The notes under the pieces were generated by a model that had not been told where the DNA came from, ran no database searches, and saw nothing but the letters and a program-made list of their open reading frames with translations. A stretch of 14,514 nt of DNA, taken from the NCBI GenBank assembly GCA_030668875.1, contig DAOVER010000064.1, forward strand, positions 1 to 14,514. Reading direction: 5' to 3'. The DNA is from Candidatus Heimdallarchaeota archaeon (GTDB lineage: Archaea > Asgardarchaeota > Heimdallarchaeia > Heimdallarchaeales > Heimdallarchaeaceae). Shown piece by piece: positions 6,522 to 14,514 of this stretch (positions are counted from its first letter, which is position 1; each line of letters starts with the position of its first letter). The position numbers and the translations under genes were made by a program.

Positions 6522-6601
6522 CTACTGAAAACTACATTTAAATTTAAATAACACAGAATTTATCTTCAATAAACATATCTAAATGGAAAGAGTGCTATAA
6601 G

Positions 6602-7858
6602 ATGAACGCAAAAGACACAAAAAAATCTAATTTCTTCGATGAAACCCTTTCAAAAGATGAGAGAATAAGATTCGATAGACAACTTAGATTACCAGGATGG
6701 AATCAGAAAGCTTTGAAGGATTCAACAGTTTTAATCGTTGGAGTAGGAGGATTAGGAACAGAAACAGCAAAAAACTTAGCTATGGCTGGTGTGGGAACTA
6801 TTCATCTTATCGATTTAGATATTATTGAATATTCGAATCTGAATAGACAAATATTGTTCTCAGATGCAGATGAAGGAGATCCTAAAGCTAAAGTTGCAGC
6901 AAGAGCTCTAGAAAAGATAAACCCCTATAGTAAATACATTTGGCACCATTCCAATCTAGAAGATGTTGATCCAGAAGTCTATGCGACAGCTGATTTGTAT
7001 ATTTCTGGCTTAGATTCTGTTACAGCAAGGAATGAGCTAATACGAAGAGCGGTTCAGTTTAAGAAACCGATGATTGATGGAGGAACTGCAACATATTATG
7101 GTCATGTTTATACTTATTTACCAGGTAAAAATGCATGCCTTCAATGTGATCCACAACAAGAACGCGAAAGAGAATCTTTAGCAGCTTGCACACTTGTAGG
7201 AATACCAAGAAAGAAATCTCATTGTTTGTTGAAAGGACAACTATATTTTGAATCAAAGAACAATAGACCCCCCGATACGACTGTTTTGGAAGAAATGAAT
7301 CTTGTAATAAATTATGCAAATAATTTAGTGAAAGAGCATTTTCCATCTGAAAATGTATTTTCTTTAGATGAAGCTGTGAAAATGGTTGACCAGCACGACC
7401 CAACAATCATAAGTATTAATGCTGTAATGGCCTCTTTACAATCACAAGAAGCATTGAAACTTATGCACCATCTCAAAGGAATAGAACTAGGTACTGTAAA
7501 TCCTGAGTATGTTATTTACAATGGATTAGTAGGGAAATTCTTCTATATAGAAAAGCCACCAAATAAGAAATGTATGCTCTGTGGTAAAAATGCTACTGCA
7601 ATTGAAGAAGTAAAATTACCTGCAACTGCTACTATCGATGTTTTACTCTCAATTATTAAAAGTAGAGGGTATGATTATGATCCTGAATTTTTACCTTCAT
7701 TTTGGTTAATTGATAAAAAAGACCCTGTAGATGTAGAAATAGATTCAACTGTGAAAGAACAAGGGATACGAAACCATGAAACATTGTATGTTACAGGTCT
7801 TACGAATAAAGGTGAAGAAATCGATCTTAATGTTAGGATAATCCTGAATCAAGGCTAA
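6602..7858 (+). CDS. Ubiquitin-like activating enzyme E1 (UBA2/UBA3-type, with catalytic-Cys domain and probable C-terminal ubiquitin-fold domain)
   Basis: RFDRQLRL; Rossmann VGVGGLG; D..EYSNLNRQ; DGGT; zinc pairs CLQC (7136) and CMLC (7571); catalytic motif CTLVGIPRKKSHC (Cys 7187-7189); PTIISINAVMA; about 90-aa C-terminal extension. Confidence 0.95.
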   Translation: MNAKDTKKSNFFDETLSKDERIRFDRQLRLPGWNQKALKDSTVLIVGVGGLGTETAKNLAMAGVGTIHLIDLDIIEYSNLNRQILFSDADEGDPKAKVAARALEKINPYSKYIWHHSNLEDVDPEVYATADLYISGLDSVTARNELIRRAVQFKKPMIDGGTATYYGHVYTYLPGKNACLQCDPQQERERESLAACTLVGIPRKKSHCLLKGQLYFESKNNRPPDTTVLEEMNLVINYANNLVKEHFPSENVFSLDEAVKMVDQHDPTIISINAVMASLQSQEALKLMHHLKGIELGTVNPEYVIYNGLVGKFFYIEKPPNKKCMLCGKNATAIEEVKLPATATIDVLLSIIKSRGYDYDPEFLPSFWLIDKKDPVDVEIDSTVKEQGIRNHETLYVTGLTNKGEEIDLNVRIILNQG

Positions 7859-8044
7859 AACTAAATTTAACATTCTTGTTTGAATTTAAAGGATACTCTA
7901 ATTGAATTGTTCAGAGACACTTGAAGATGATTCCCAAGTAGTATGATTTTACATAACATCTTCACTTAATAATTGTTGAAAAATAATAAATGATAAAAAA
8001 AGAAATGATGTTCTAAGTGTCAGAAATGAGTATTTCTTACAATC

Positions 8045-8242
8045 TTAGATTTTGTTTACGTTATTTGCTTGAGTTCCTCTGTCGGTTTCTTCTAAATCGA
8101 ATTCGACTTCGTCTCCTTCGTTGAGATCATCAAATTCACCTTGAACACCAGTACGGTGGAAAAAGAGATCTTTTTCTTCTCCTTCTACAGTGATGAATCC
8201 ATAACCTTTATCAGAGATCATTCTTTTGATATTTCCTTTCAA
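8045..8242 (-). CDS. cspA: Cold-shock domain (CSD) protein
   Basis: RNP1 KGYGFI, RNP2 LFFH and LNEGDEVEF..E...RG.QA.NV. TTG start preceded by GGAGG. The symbol denotes the family, not a specific ortholog. Confidence 0.93.
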   Translation of the reverse strand: MKGNIKRMISDKGYGFITVEGEEKDLFFHRTGVQGEFDDLNEGDEVEFDLEETDRGTQANNVNKI

Positions 8243-8593
8243 GTTAATTCCTCCAATTGAATTATTGTTTCGAATCTTTATGAGAGATTCCTTAATTAAA
8301 AATCGACTATCAGAAACTAGTTAATCTTTCAAAGACTTAAACAAAATCTAACATTCTTATTTTTAATCAGTATGAACGGTTAGATTATAGCCTAATAAAG
8401 TATGTGGTTAATACAAGTGCAATCATCTATTCTTCTATTTGGATTAAACTCGGATACTCTTCCCCTTTTTGATTCTCAAATAAGTCAAATACGCACTTTG
8501 TTGTTTTTGTGGTGATTATTAAGGGTCATGAATTCAAAAATATCCATCTTCCTTGCACAAGTTATTTAAAATCTAAATCTAAATACTATAACT

Positions 8594-8983
8594 ATGAGTG
8601 AAAGAGAAGTAAAATACTACAAAATGCTAGCCAAGAAATTCAAAATCAAGGAAAAAATGTTTGATGAAAAAGAAGATTTTGATGAGTTAGAAAGAGACAA
8701 AGCAAGTTTTCAGAGGAAACAAGCTACAGAGAATGCTAAGGTTCAAGATCAGCTTATTAAGATTCAAAAACTCAGAGAAAATGGTGATGAAGACAAAGCG
8801 CTGAGACAAGAAATGAAGCTGAAGAAGAAGGAAGCAGCTATTGCCAAATATAAGCGCACCATCTCAGATATTCAGAGGAAAATAGATAAGAAAAAACTTG
8901 AAGTTAGAAAAATCGAAGATGAACTGGAAAAAATTGAATCTCAATTAAGAGCTGATTTTGCGGATAGGTTCACACAAATGTAA
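8594..8983 (+). CDS. Highly charged all-helical or coiled-coil hypothetical protein
   Basis: 129 aa, K/E/R/Q/D-rich with heptad-like spacing and no Pro. An AT-rich promoter-like tract lies upstream and a T-tract downstream. Confidence 0.8.
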   Translation: MSEREVKYYKMLAKKFKIKEKMFDEKEDFDELERDKASFQRKQATENAKVQDQLIKIQKLRENGDEDKALRQEMKLKKKEAAIAKYKRTISDIQRKIDKKKLEVRKIEDELEKIESQLRADFADRFTQM

Positions 8984-9194
8984 CTTTATTCGATTTTTTC
9001 TTTGTTTTTACTCATTTTCCATTACATTTTACTAACTAATGTTCAAAGATAATAAACTAAATATATATTTTATAAACGATAGAAATCAAACAAAATCTAT
9101 AGTTACTTAAAACAGTCTATTTTTATTTAACCGTACCTATAGTTATTTAAAAAGAGCTATATTTATTATAAATCACTTAAAATTAAATTTATAA

Positions 9195-9398
9195 GTGGTT
9201 AATGACTCTTTTACTTATATACGAAGCGATGGAAATATGATCCTAAGAGAAAAGTGCCATTTGTGTGGATATGTGACAGATAGACATCTAATTCATGCAG
9301 GGGATGGTAAGACATATTGCGTGTCGCACTATTTATCACATGTTTTAAATGATGAAATTATCCCCCCACATAATCAAAAAATCACAAACCAAGATTAA
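9195..9398 (+). CDS. Small zinc-finger protein (C-x2-C-x17-C-x2-H); start is GTG 9195 or ATG 9237
   Basis: CHLCGYVTDRHLIHAGDGKTYCVSHY (9255-9332). Confidence 0.65.
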   Translation: MVNDSFTYIRSDGNMILREKCHLCGYVTDRHLIHAGDGKTYCVSHYLSHVLNDEIIPPHNQKITNQD

Positions 9399-9416
9399 TG
9401 AAAATAAAGAAAATAG

Positions 9417-10220
9417 CTACCCTGTTATGGTAGTTAGAACTTCATTCTTTTTTTTTATATTCGGGTTTTGTAAAGCAAATTTTAGAGTTGTAAATAATGC
9501 TGCAACTCCTAATGTTCCAGTAATTGGATAAATTGACCAGATATCACCATAACTTAATAAAACAAAGTAAACACCCAACATGCTTGTAGTAATACCTATA
9601 AACATGGACCAAGACCATTAAAATGCTGAATCTATCTATGAAATTGTTGGATTTTTCATTACCAGATAAGTAACTATTGATAGAATCGCCCATACTCCAA
9701 ATCCAATAATTGGATAATATTGCCATTCTTCCCAACTACTAAACAGACCAAAGCCTAATGCGATCATGGTAAATGCAATCGTAAGAAAGAGAACTACAGT
9801 TCAAAGAGTTAGTATATACAAAGGTTTTCGCTGCCTGTCTTGTAAAGTGAAGTGCACTCCTACTGACCATAAAACTAGAAGAAAAGTTCCCAGTAAAGGC
9901 ATAGATTGAAAATCTTCCCACTGTCCTAAGCTAGTATAAGCAAATGCGATCATGCTAATAGTTGTAGCTAGAAACAGAAAGAAAAACCAAATTATAACAC
10001 TTATAGTAGGTCGAATATTCCTTTTTCTAAAGATAAAATAGAAACTAGTCATCAACACTATAAGAACTACCATTCCAAAGGATGGACTACCAAACCATTC
10101 TAAACCTGAAAAATCATTTAACAGAACTAATACAAATACAATTCCAATTATGCTTCCAATTATCCATGTCAAGATTGTTAATGCAAGTAGAAATCTTTGT
10201 TTTTCTTTCATAGAGGCCAT
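9417..10220 (-). pseudogene. Disrupted membrane protein with four ~59-62-aa repeats (about 8 TM segments); copy 1
   Basis: ORFs 9801-10220 and 9417-9605 are in the same frame, separated by TGA 9801-9803 (TGG/Trp in the paralog at 12371-12373), TAG 9636-9638 and TAA 9618-9620. The intervening translation continues the repeat pattern. Confidence 0.8.
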
Positions 10221-10271
10221 TTCGCAATCTGTTGGGGCACTAATAAGGTTTCATGGTCTAGTTGTGATTCA

Positions 10272-12092
10272 TCAATCTTGAGGAATAGTTATTTTGAAAA
10301 GTGTTTCCCCCTTAACTGATTGAAAGTTTATTTGCCATCCATGAGCTTCAATTATTTTTTTCACAATTGCAAGTCCAATGCCTTGACCTTTTTGATCTTT
10401 TCTTGTTGAATAGCCTATTTTAAATATCTTTTCTATTTCACTTTTTGGTATCATCTGTCCATCATTGATAATTAATATCTCTATTTTATCATCATAAACC
10501 TGTGTTTTTATTTCAATTCTACTAGGATTCCCATGAATAACAGCATTTTCGAGAATATTGCTGAAGACCTGAGAGAGTTTTTCGCTGTCACAACTAACTG
10601 TTGGTAAGTTATCATGAGCAAATTCTACTGATTCTGGTATTACTAATTTTACAATATCCTTTACTATAATATTCAGATTTACTTTATCTTTTTTCTCTAT
10701 TATTTCTCCTCTTTCAGCTAAGTATAGAGAACGATCAAGCAATTTTCTCAAATACTTAATTTTACTCTGTATTTTGTCTGTAATGTCAATCTTGGATTTC
10801 TCTCCATGAAGCTGCAAATATCCTTCCATCACGGTAAGATTATTCCTTAAATCATGAGCCATAAAATTGGAAAAATTACTAAGCTCTTCTCTTTGCTTTA
10901 GTAGTTCTTCTTCTATTTGCTTGTAAGCAGTGATATCCTCCAGTGCTAGAAGCACTCCAGTGGTCTCCTCTTCTTTATCCATTAATGGAATCATTTTATA
11001 TCTGTAGTGAGTTAATTTTCCCCATTTTGATGTATAAGGTAATTCCGAACTGAATTGTTCTTTATTCTTTATACATCTTACAATGTTTCCTGATATTCCT
11101 GCATTCTTTAAAAGTGGAAATGTTATCAGATTAATTGCCTTTGTTGATTCTTCAGAGGGTGAACCAAGAAATTTAAGAGCCACTTTATTTACATCTTCGA
11201 TATTTCCTTCTAAGTTACAAGTTACAATCCCAATAGGATTTTCTTGAAAAAGTGTTATATACCTTTGTTCACTTTCTAATAATGCTGTTTCATATTGTTT
11301 CAGTTTGGAGATATCAACTATGATTCCTCTTATTCCTATAGGTTTATCATCTTCCATAATAAGACTTGAAAATGCTAATGAAGGAATACATGTACCATCC
11401 TTTCTCATAATAGCAATCTCTAATGGAGGTTCATATTTTTCATCTATTAATCGATTAAAAGTTTTTGTGACAACCTCACGATTTTCCGGAACAACTACTT
11501 GTAAAGCATTCATTCCTTGTTTAACTTCTTCTAGGGAATATCCATATTCCTCAAAGAAGTAATTGTTGATGTAAGAAATTTTCATGTTCTTGTCAAGCTC
11601 AAAAACGATTTCTGGTAATAAATTAGCCAATTCTCGAAATTTCCTCTCACTTTTTCTTACATTATCCTCCATTTCCTTGTGGCTAATAACTCTTTGAATA
11701 ACATGATACAATTCACTATATTGACTCTGGGGATCTCCTCCTTTTTTTATGTAATAATCAGCGCCAAGATTTAATGCTTCAATCACTACTTCTTCTCTCC
11801 CTCTACCTGTAAAAATGATGAAAGGAATATCATAGTTCTTCTCCTTTAATTGACGAAGAAGATCAAGACCATTCATTTCTGGCATTTGATAATCTGCTAT
11901 AATAATATCGAAATTTGATGTATCTAATAAACTGAAAATTTGTTCTGGATTAGAGAGTGAATGAACTGTTACTAGCCCATTACTAAGTTCTTCTAAAAAA
12001 AGTTTAGTCAATTGGAGAAAATCTTTATCATCATCAACATATACTATTCTTATTTTTTTAGTATCAGAGATAATAAATTCTTCATCCTTCAT
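10272..12092 (-). CDS. Hybrid sensor histidine kinase (REC-PAS-PAS-HisKA-HATPase_c)
   Basis: REC: VYVDDD, IIADYQMPEMNG, IFTGRG, YYIKK. Two PAS-like segments. H-box MAHDLRNNL; N-box QVFSNILENA; D/G boxes INDG, F.IGYSTR, GQGIGLAIVKKIIEAHG. Confidence 0.95.
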   Translation of the reverse strand: MKDEEFIISDTKKIRIVYVDDDKDFLQLTKLFLEELSNGLVTVHSLSNPEQIFSLLDTSNFDIIIADYQMPEMNGLDLLRQLKEKNYDIPFIIFTGRGREEVVIEALNLGADYYIKKGGDPQSQYSELYHVIQRVISHKEMEDNVRKSERKFRELANLLPEIVFELDKNMKISYINNYFFEEYGYSLEEVKQGMNALQVVVPENREVVTKTFNRLIDEKYEPPLEIAIMRKDGTCIPSLAFSSLIMEDDKPIGIRGIIVDISKLKQYETALLESEQRYITLFQENPIGIVTCNLEGNIEDVNKVALKFLGSPSEESTKAINLITFPLLKNAGISGNIVRCIKNKEQFSSELPYTSKWGKLTHYRYKMIPLMDKEEETTGVLLALEDITAYKQIEEELLKQREELSNFSNFMAHDLRNNLTVMEGYLQLHGEKSKIDITDKIQSKIKYLRKLLDRSLYLAERGEIIEKKDKVNLNIIVKDIVKLVIPESVEFAHDNLPTVSCDSEKLSQVFSNILENAVIHGNPSRIEIKTQVYDDKIEILIINDGQMIPKSEIEKIFKIGYSTRKDQKGQGIGLAIVKKIIEAHGWQINFQSVKGETLFKITIPQD

Positions 12093-12259
12093 TTTATCAT
12101 TACCATCAAGTTATCTATATTTATATGTTTAAATTAGGATATTTCAAGATTCCGGGTGACTTGAAAATTCTTTAGATATCAAGAAATTCTGATTTTGAAC
12201 AAACAATACAATGAGGTTGGATATTTTCTTGGAGAACAATTTGATTCTTTTCCATCTAT

Positions 12260-12781
12260 TTATTTTTCTTTTATATTTGAGTTTCTTAAAGTACATTTTA
12301 AAGTTGTAATTAGAGCTGCAAATCCTAATGCGAACATGGTAAATGCAATTATAAGAAATAAAACTGCAGTCCAGAGAGTTAGTATAAACAAAGGTTTTCG
12401 TTGTCTATCCTTCAAAGTGAAGTGTACTCCTACTGCCCATAGAACCATAAGAAATGTCCCCAGTAAAGGCATGGATTGAAAATTTTCCCATTGTCCTAAA
12501 CTAGCATAAGCTAATGCGATCATGCTAATAGTTGTAGCTAGAAACAGAAAGAAGAACCAAATCGTAACAATCATAGTTGGTTGAAGATTCCTATTTCTAA
12601 AGATAAGATAAAAACTAGTCATTAACACTATAAGAAAAACCATTCCAGAAGTTGGACTGCCAAACCACTCTAAACCTGAAAAATCATTGAATAATACAAA
12701 TGCAAACAAAATTCCAATTATGCTTCCTACTATCCAAGTCCAGATGGTAAATGCTAGTAACAACCTTTGTTTTTCTTTCAT
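12260..12781 (-). CDS. Membrane protein, paralog (copy 2) of 9417-10220 with an in-frame internal deletion
   Basis: Manual count gives 23 mismatches in 190 nt (12371-12560 versus 9801-9990, about 88% identity). The C-terminus ALGF|AALITTLKCTLRNSNIKEK joins two segments that are 246 bp apart in copy 1. Confidence 0.8.
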   Translation of the reverse strand: MKEKQRLLLAFTIWTWIVGSIIGILFAFVLFNDFSGLEWFGSPTSGMVFLIVLMTSFYLIFRNRNLQPTMIVTIWFFFLFLATTISMIALAYASLGQWENFQSMPLLGTFLMVLWAVGVHFTLKDRQRKPLFILTLWTAVLFLIIAFTMFALGFAALITTLKCTLRNSNIKEK

Positions 12782-12909
12782 GGGAACAGTTCAGCGATTT
12801 GTATGGGCATTAATATGTTTTCAATAATTAGAAAATTTGTGATAAACCAATTGAGATAAAAGAGTGAAAAGAGAGAAAGTTTGGAGCAATCTTTCATTAT
12901 TCTTTTCTT

Positions 12910-13320
12910 TTAAATAGATGAATTAACAACTATCTTTCGAGATTTATAACTGAAGATTACTGTTGGTATTTGAATTACTGACCATGCAATTGGACCAAAT
13001 AGCTGTTCTTCATATCCTATAGGATTGGCTATCAACATGTAAATAACATGTGTCATTGATAGAGCAATAATTACTGATGCCAAAATCATAGTTCCTAATA
13101 GCCCCCATTTGTTCTCTATAGCGCATATGGGAATCAAGATTAGAGCTAGCAATGTCATTATAGTGTGTCTATATCCTCCTAAAGTTAGTATTTCACATAC
13201 AATATTCAGAGGACCGAATTTAAAATCAAAATCAAGTCCCATGCAAATCCACGTAACACTAGTTACTAACCCGATGATGACAAAAAGTGTATTATTGTTG
13301 ATTCTATTAGTATTGTTCAT
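12910..13320 (-). CDS. Hypothetical membrane protein (about 4 TM segments)
   Basis: Four hydrophobic stretches. It starts 13 bp downstream of the 4Fe-4S gene on the same strand. Confidence 0.75.
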   Translation of the reverse strand: MNNTNRINNNTLFVIIGLVTSVTWICMGLDFDFKFGPLNIVCEILTLGGYRHTIMTLLALILIPICAIENKWGLLGTMILASVIIALSMTHVIYMLIANPIGYEEQLFGPIAWSVIQIPTVIFSYKSRKIVVNSSI

Positions 13321-13333
13321 TCTCTTTCACCTT

Positions 13334-14167
13334 TTATTTTGATCTACTCTTTGACGGGGTACTAAAGACATAGCTAATTGCTTTCTTTGGACAACTATCT
13401 ACACAATATCCACACAATATACATTCAGAATGTTCCATATTACCGCTCTTTACTAGCTCATTAACAGGAAGACTCATAGGACAAACATTGTCACAACGCT
13501 TACAGTCAATGCATTTGTCTTTGTCAGCCTTTAAGCGAAGAGCAGGTAACCGCAGGAAATTACTGATTTTACGACCAATGATCATAAAGGGAGCCATCCA
13601 ACAACCATAGTGACAAAAAGCTCTTCTACCAACAAGAAAAGCTAGAACAACAATAATGCCTAAAACAGCATAATAAATTACGTACCCTGGTAGTCCCATG
13701 AGCGAAACACCATAATTTTCTCTTGTTTGATAAAGGAAGTCTACTTGTGTTATCCCCTCTTCTGCTACTAGTATTGGCATTAATATTACTGTTGTAATCC
13801 ATGGTACCCAAATAAACCATTTAATCCAGTATTTTCCTTTGGTTTTCTTGTTTTCAATATTCATACAAACATTCTGTAGTCCCGCTGCAGGACAAACATA
13901 ACCGCAGTAAGCCCTTCCTAGAAAAAGAGCACCAGTAAATAATACAGCAAAAACAATCAAACTGCCAACTATTACACCTTCTATTCCTCCCCTAATTGGT
14001 AAATAGGGACTTAGATAGAATATTATCACTGGAAATAGTAGAAAAGATATCAAAATTGTTATTTTTCTGACCTTCTGCCTTCGTGAAGTTCTTTTTTTCT
14101 TTGCCACACCTTTCATTTGTGTTGCTTCTTCTGTTTTTTCCAAAATTGCATTCATTTTATTCACCAT
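13334..14167 (-). CDS. Membrane 4Fe-4S-binding protein (NapH/MauN/YccM-like)
   Basis: TM helices with GRAYCGYVCP and RRAFCHYGCWMAP motifs, plus two ferredoxin motifs CIDCKRCDNVCP and CILCGYCVDSCP. Confidence 0.92.
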   Translation of the reverse strand: MVNKMNAILEKTEEATQMKGVAKKKRTSRRQKVRKITILISFLLFPVIIFYLSPYLPIRGGIEGVIVGSLIVFAVLFTGALFLGRAYCGYVCPAAGLQNVCMNIENKKTKGKYWIKWFIWVPWITTVILMPILVAEEGITQVDFLYQTRENYGVSLMGLPGYVIYYAVLGIIVVLAFLVGRRAFCHYGCWMAPFMIIGRKISNFLRLPALRLKADKDKCIDCKRCDNVCPMSLPVNELVKSGNMEHSECILCGYCVDSCPKKAISYVFSTPSKSRSK

Positions 14168-14213
14168 GATTCAAAGATACCATTGCTTTATTTAACTATA
14201 TTTTATTGCTAAT

Positions 14214-14255
14214 ATATTTTATAATAAAATATCGTTCTATAAAAATATTTTTATA
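14214..14255. promoter_or_regulatory. Two AT-rich inverted repeats in the divergent 4Fe-4S/PadR intergenic region (candidate operator)
   Basis: ATATTTTA-TAA-TAAAATAT (14214-14232) and the perfect 18-bp palindrome TATAAAAATATTTTTATA (14238-14255). Confidence 0.35.
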
Positions 14256-14299
14256 TCCACATTATCTAGTTGAATCATAATTTATTTTGGTGATTATTG

Positions 14300-14514
14300 A
14301 TGCCTAGACTAAAAAAAGAAAATAAACATAAGTTTGCAATACTTGGCATATTAAAGCACGAATCAGCATCAGGATATGATATAAAAAAATACTACAAATT
14401 CAGAGGGTTGAGATTTTTTTGGCCGGATTTGAGTCTTAATCAAATATATCCAACGCTTAAACTGCTTGAAGAAGAAAAGCTAGTTACCATGAAAAAAATT
14501 GAAAAGGAAAGTCG
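14300..14514 (+). CDS. PadR-family transcriptional regulator, partial (runs off the right edge; absent from the ORF track)
   Basis: Manual translation from ATG 14300, with GGTGA upstream: MPRLKKENKHKFAILGILKHESASGYDIKKYYKFRGLRFFWPDLSLNQIYPTLKLLEEEKLV. The SGYDI, FFW and QIYPTL motifs are typical of PadR. Confidence 0.9.
   Translation, partial: MPRLKKENKHKFAILGILKHESASGYDIKKYYKFRGLRFFWPDLSLNQIYPTLKLLEEEKLVTMKKIEKES

Noticed and set aside
7059-7406. 115-aa minus-strand ORF
   Set aside because: Antisense within E1; no features.
6602-7858. Reading the E1 and Ubl as a MoeB/ThiF sulfur-carrier or SAMP system
   Set aside because: The CTxxxxPRxxxHC catalytic domain, a ubiquitin-like (not MoaD/ThiS) modifier, and the neighbouring E2, RING and JAMM genes point to a three-step conjugation cascade.
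9618-9803. Stop-codon reassignment (TGA as Trp or Sec, TAG as Pyl) to explain the in-frame stops
   Set aside because: Three different stop codons are involved. TGA terminates other genes here (917, 1251, 5176) and Trp is TGG elsewhere, so pseudogenisation is the simpler explanation.
9349-9921. ORFs 9349-9531 (+), 9739-9921 (+) and 9544-9735 (-)
   Set aside because: Antisense or alternative-frame fragments of the disrupted membrane gene, although a few codons of 9544-9735 may derive from a local frameshift.
11305-11562. 85-aa plus-strand ORF
   Set aside because: Antisense within the histidine kinase.
12195-12479. 94-aa plus-strand ORF
   Set aside because: Antisense to membrane gene copy 2.
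13109-13820. ORFs 13109-13342 (+) and 13626-13820 (-)
   Set aside because: They overlap better-supported genes (antisense or alternative frame).

Overview
This AT-rich 14.5 kb window most likely comes from an Asgard archaeon. That is an inference from gene content: a two-domain gelsolin, a eukaryote-type ubiquitin cascade, a REC-PAS-PAS histidine kinase and GGTG/GGAGG ribosome-binding sites. The centrepiece (about 1.25-7.9 kb) is a complete ubiquitin-like conjugation locus with E2 (HPN and catalytic Cys), an intact JAMM/MPN+ protease, a polytopic membrane RING E3, a Ubl precursor ending AG-C, and a UBA2/UBA3-type E1. Directly after the E3 is a RING-less paralog of its membrane domain. A Lys-rich pentapeptide-repeat protein is inserted in the cluster, and a gelsolin gene lies head-to-head with the E2. 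Outside the cluster are the 3' end of a TnpB element, a GNAT, a cold-shock protein, a coiled-coil protein and a small protein with a half-LIM-like zinc finger. Further right are two decayed copies of a membrane protein built from ~62-aa repeats flanking a hybrid histidine kinase, a 4Fe-4S membrane protein and a partial PadR regulator. All calls come from motif recognition and manual alignment; no searches were run.
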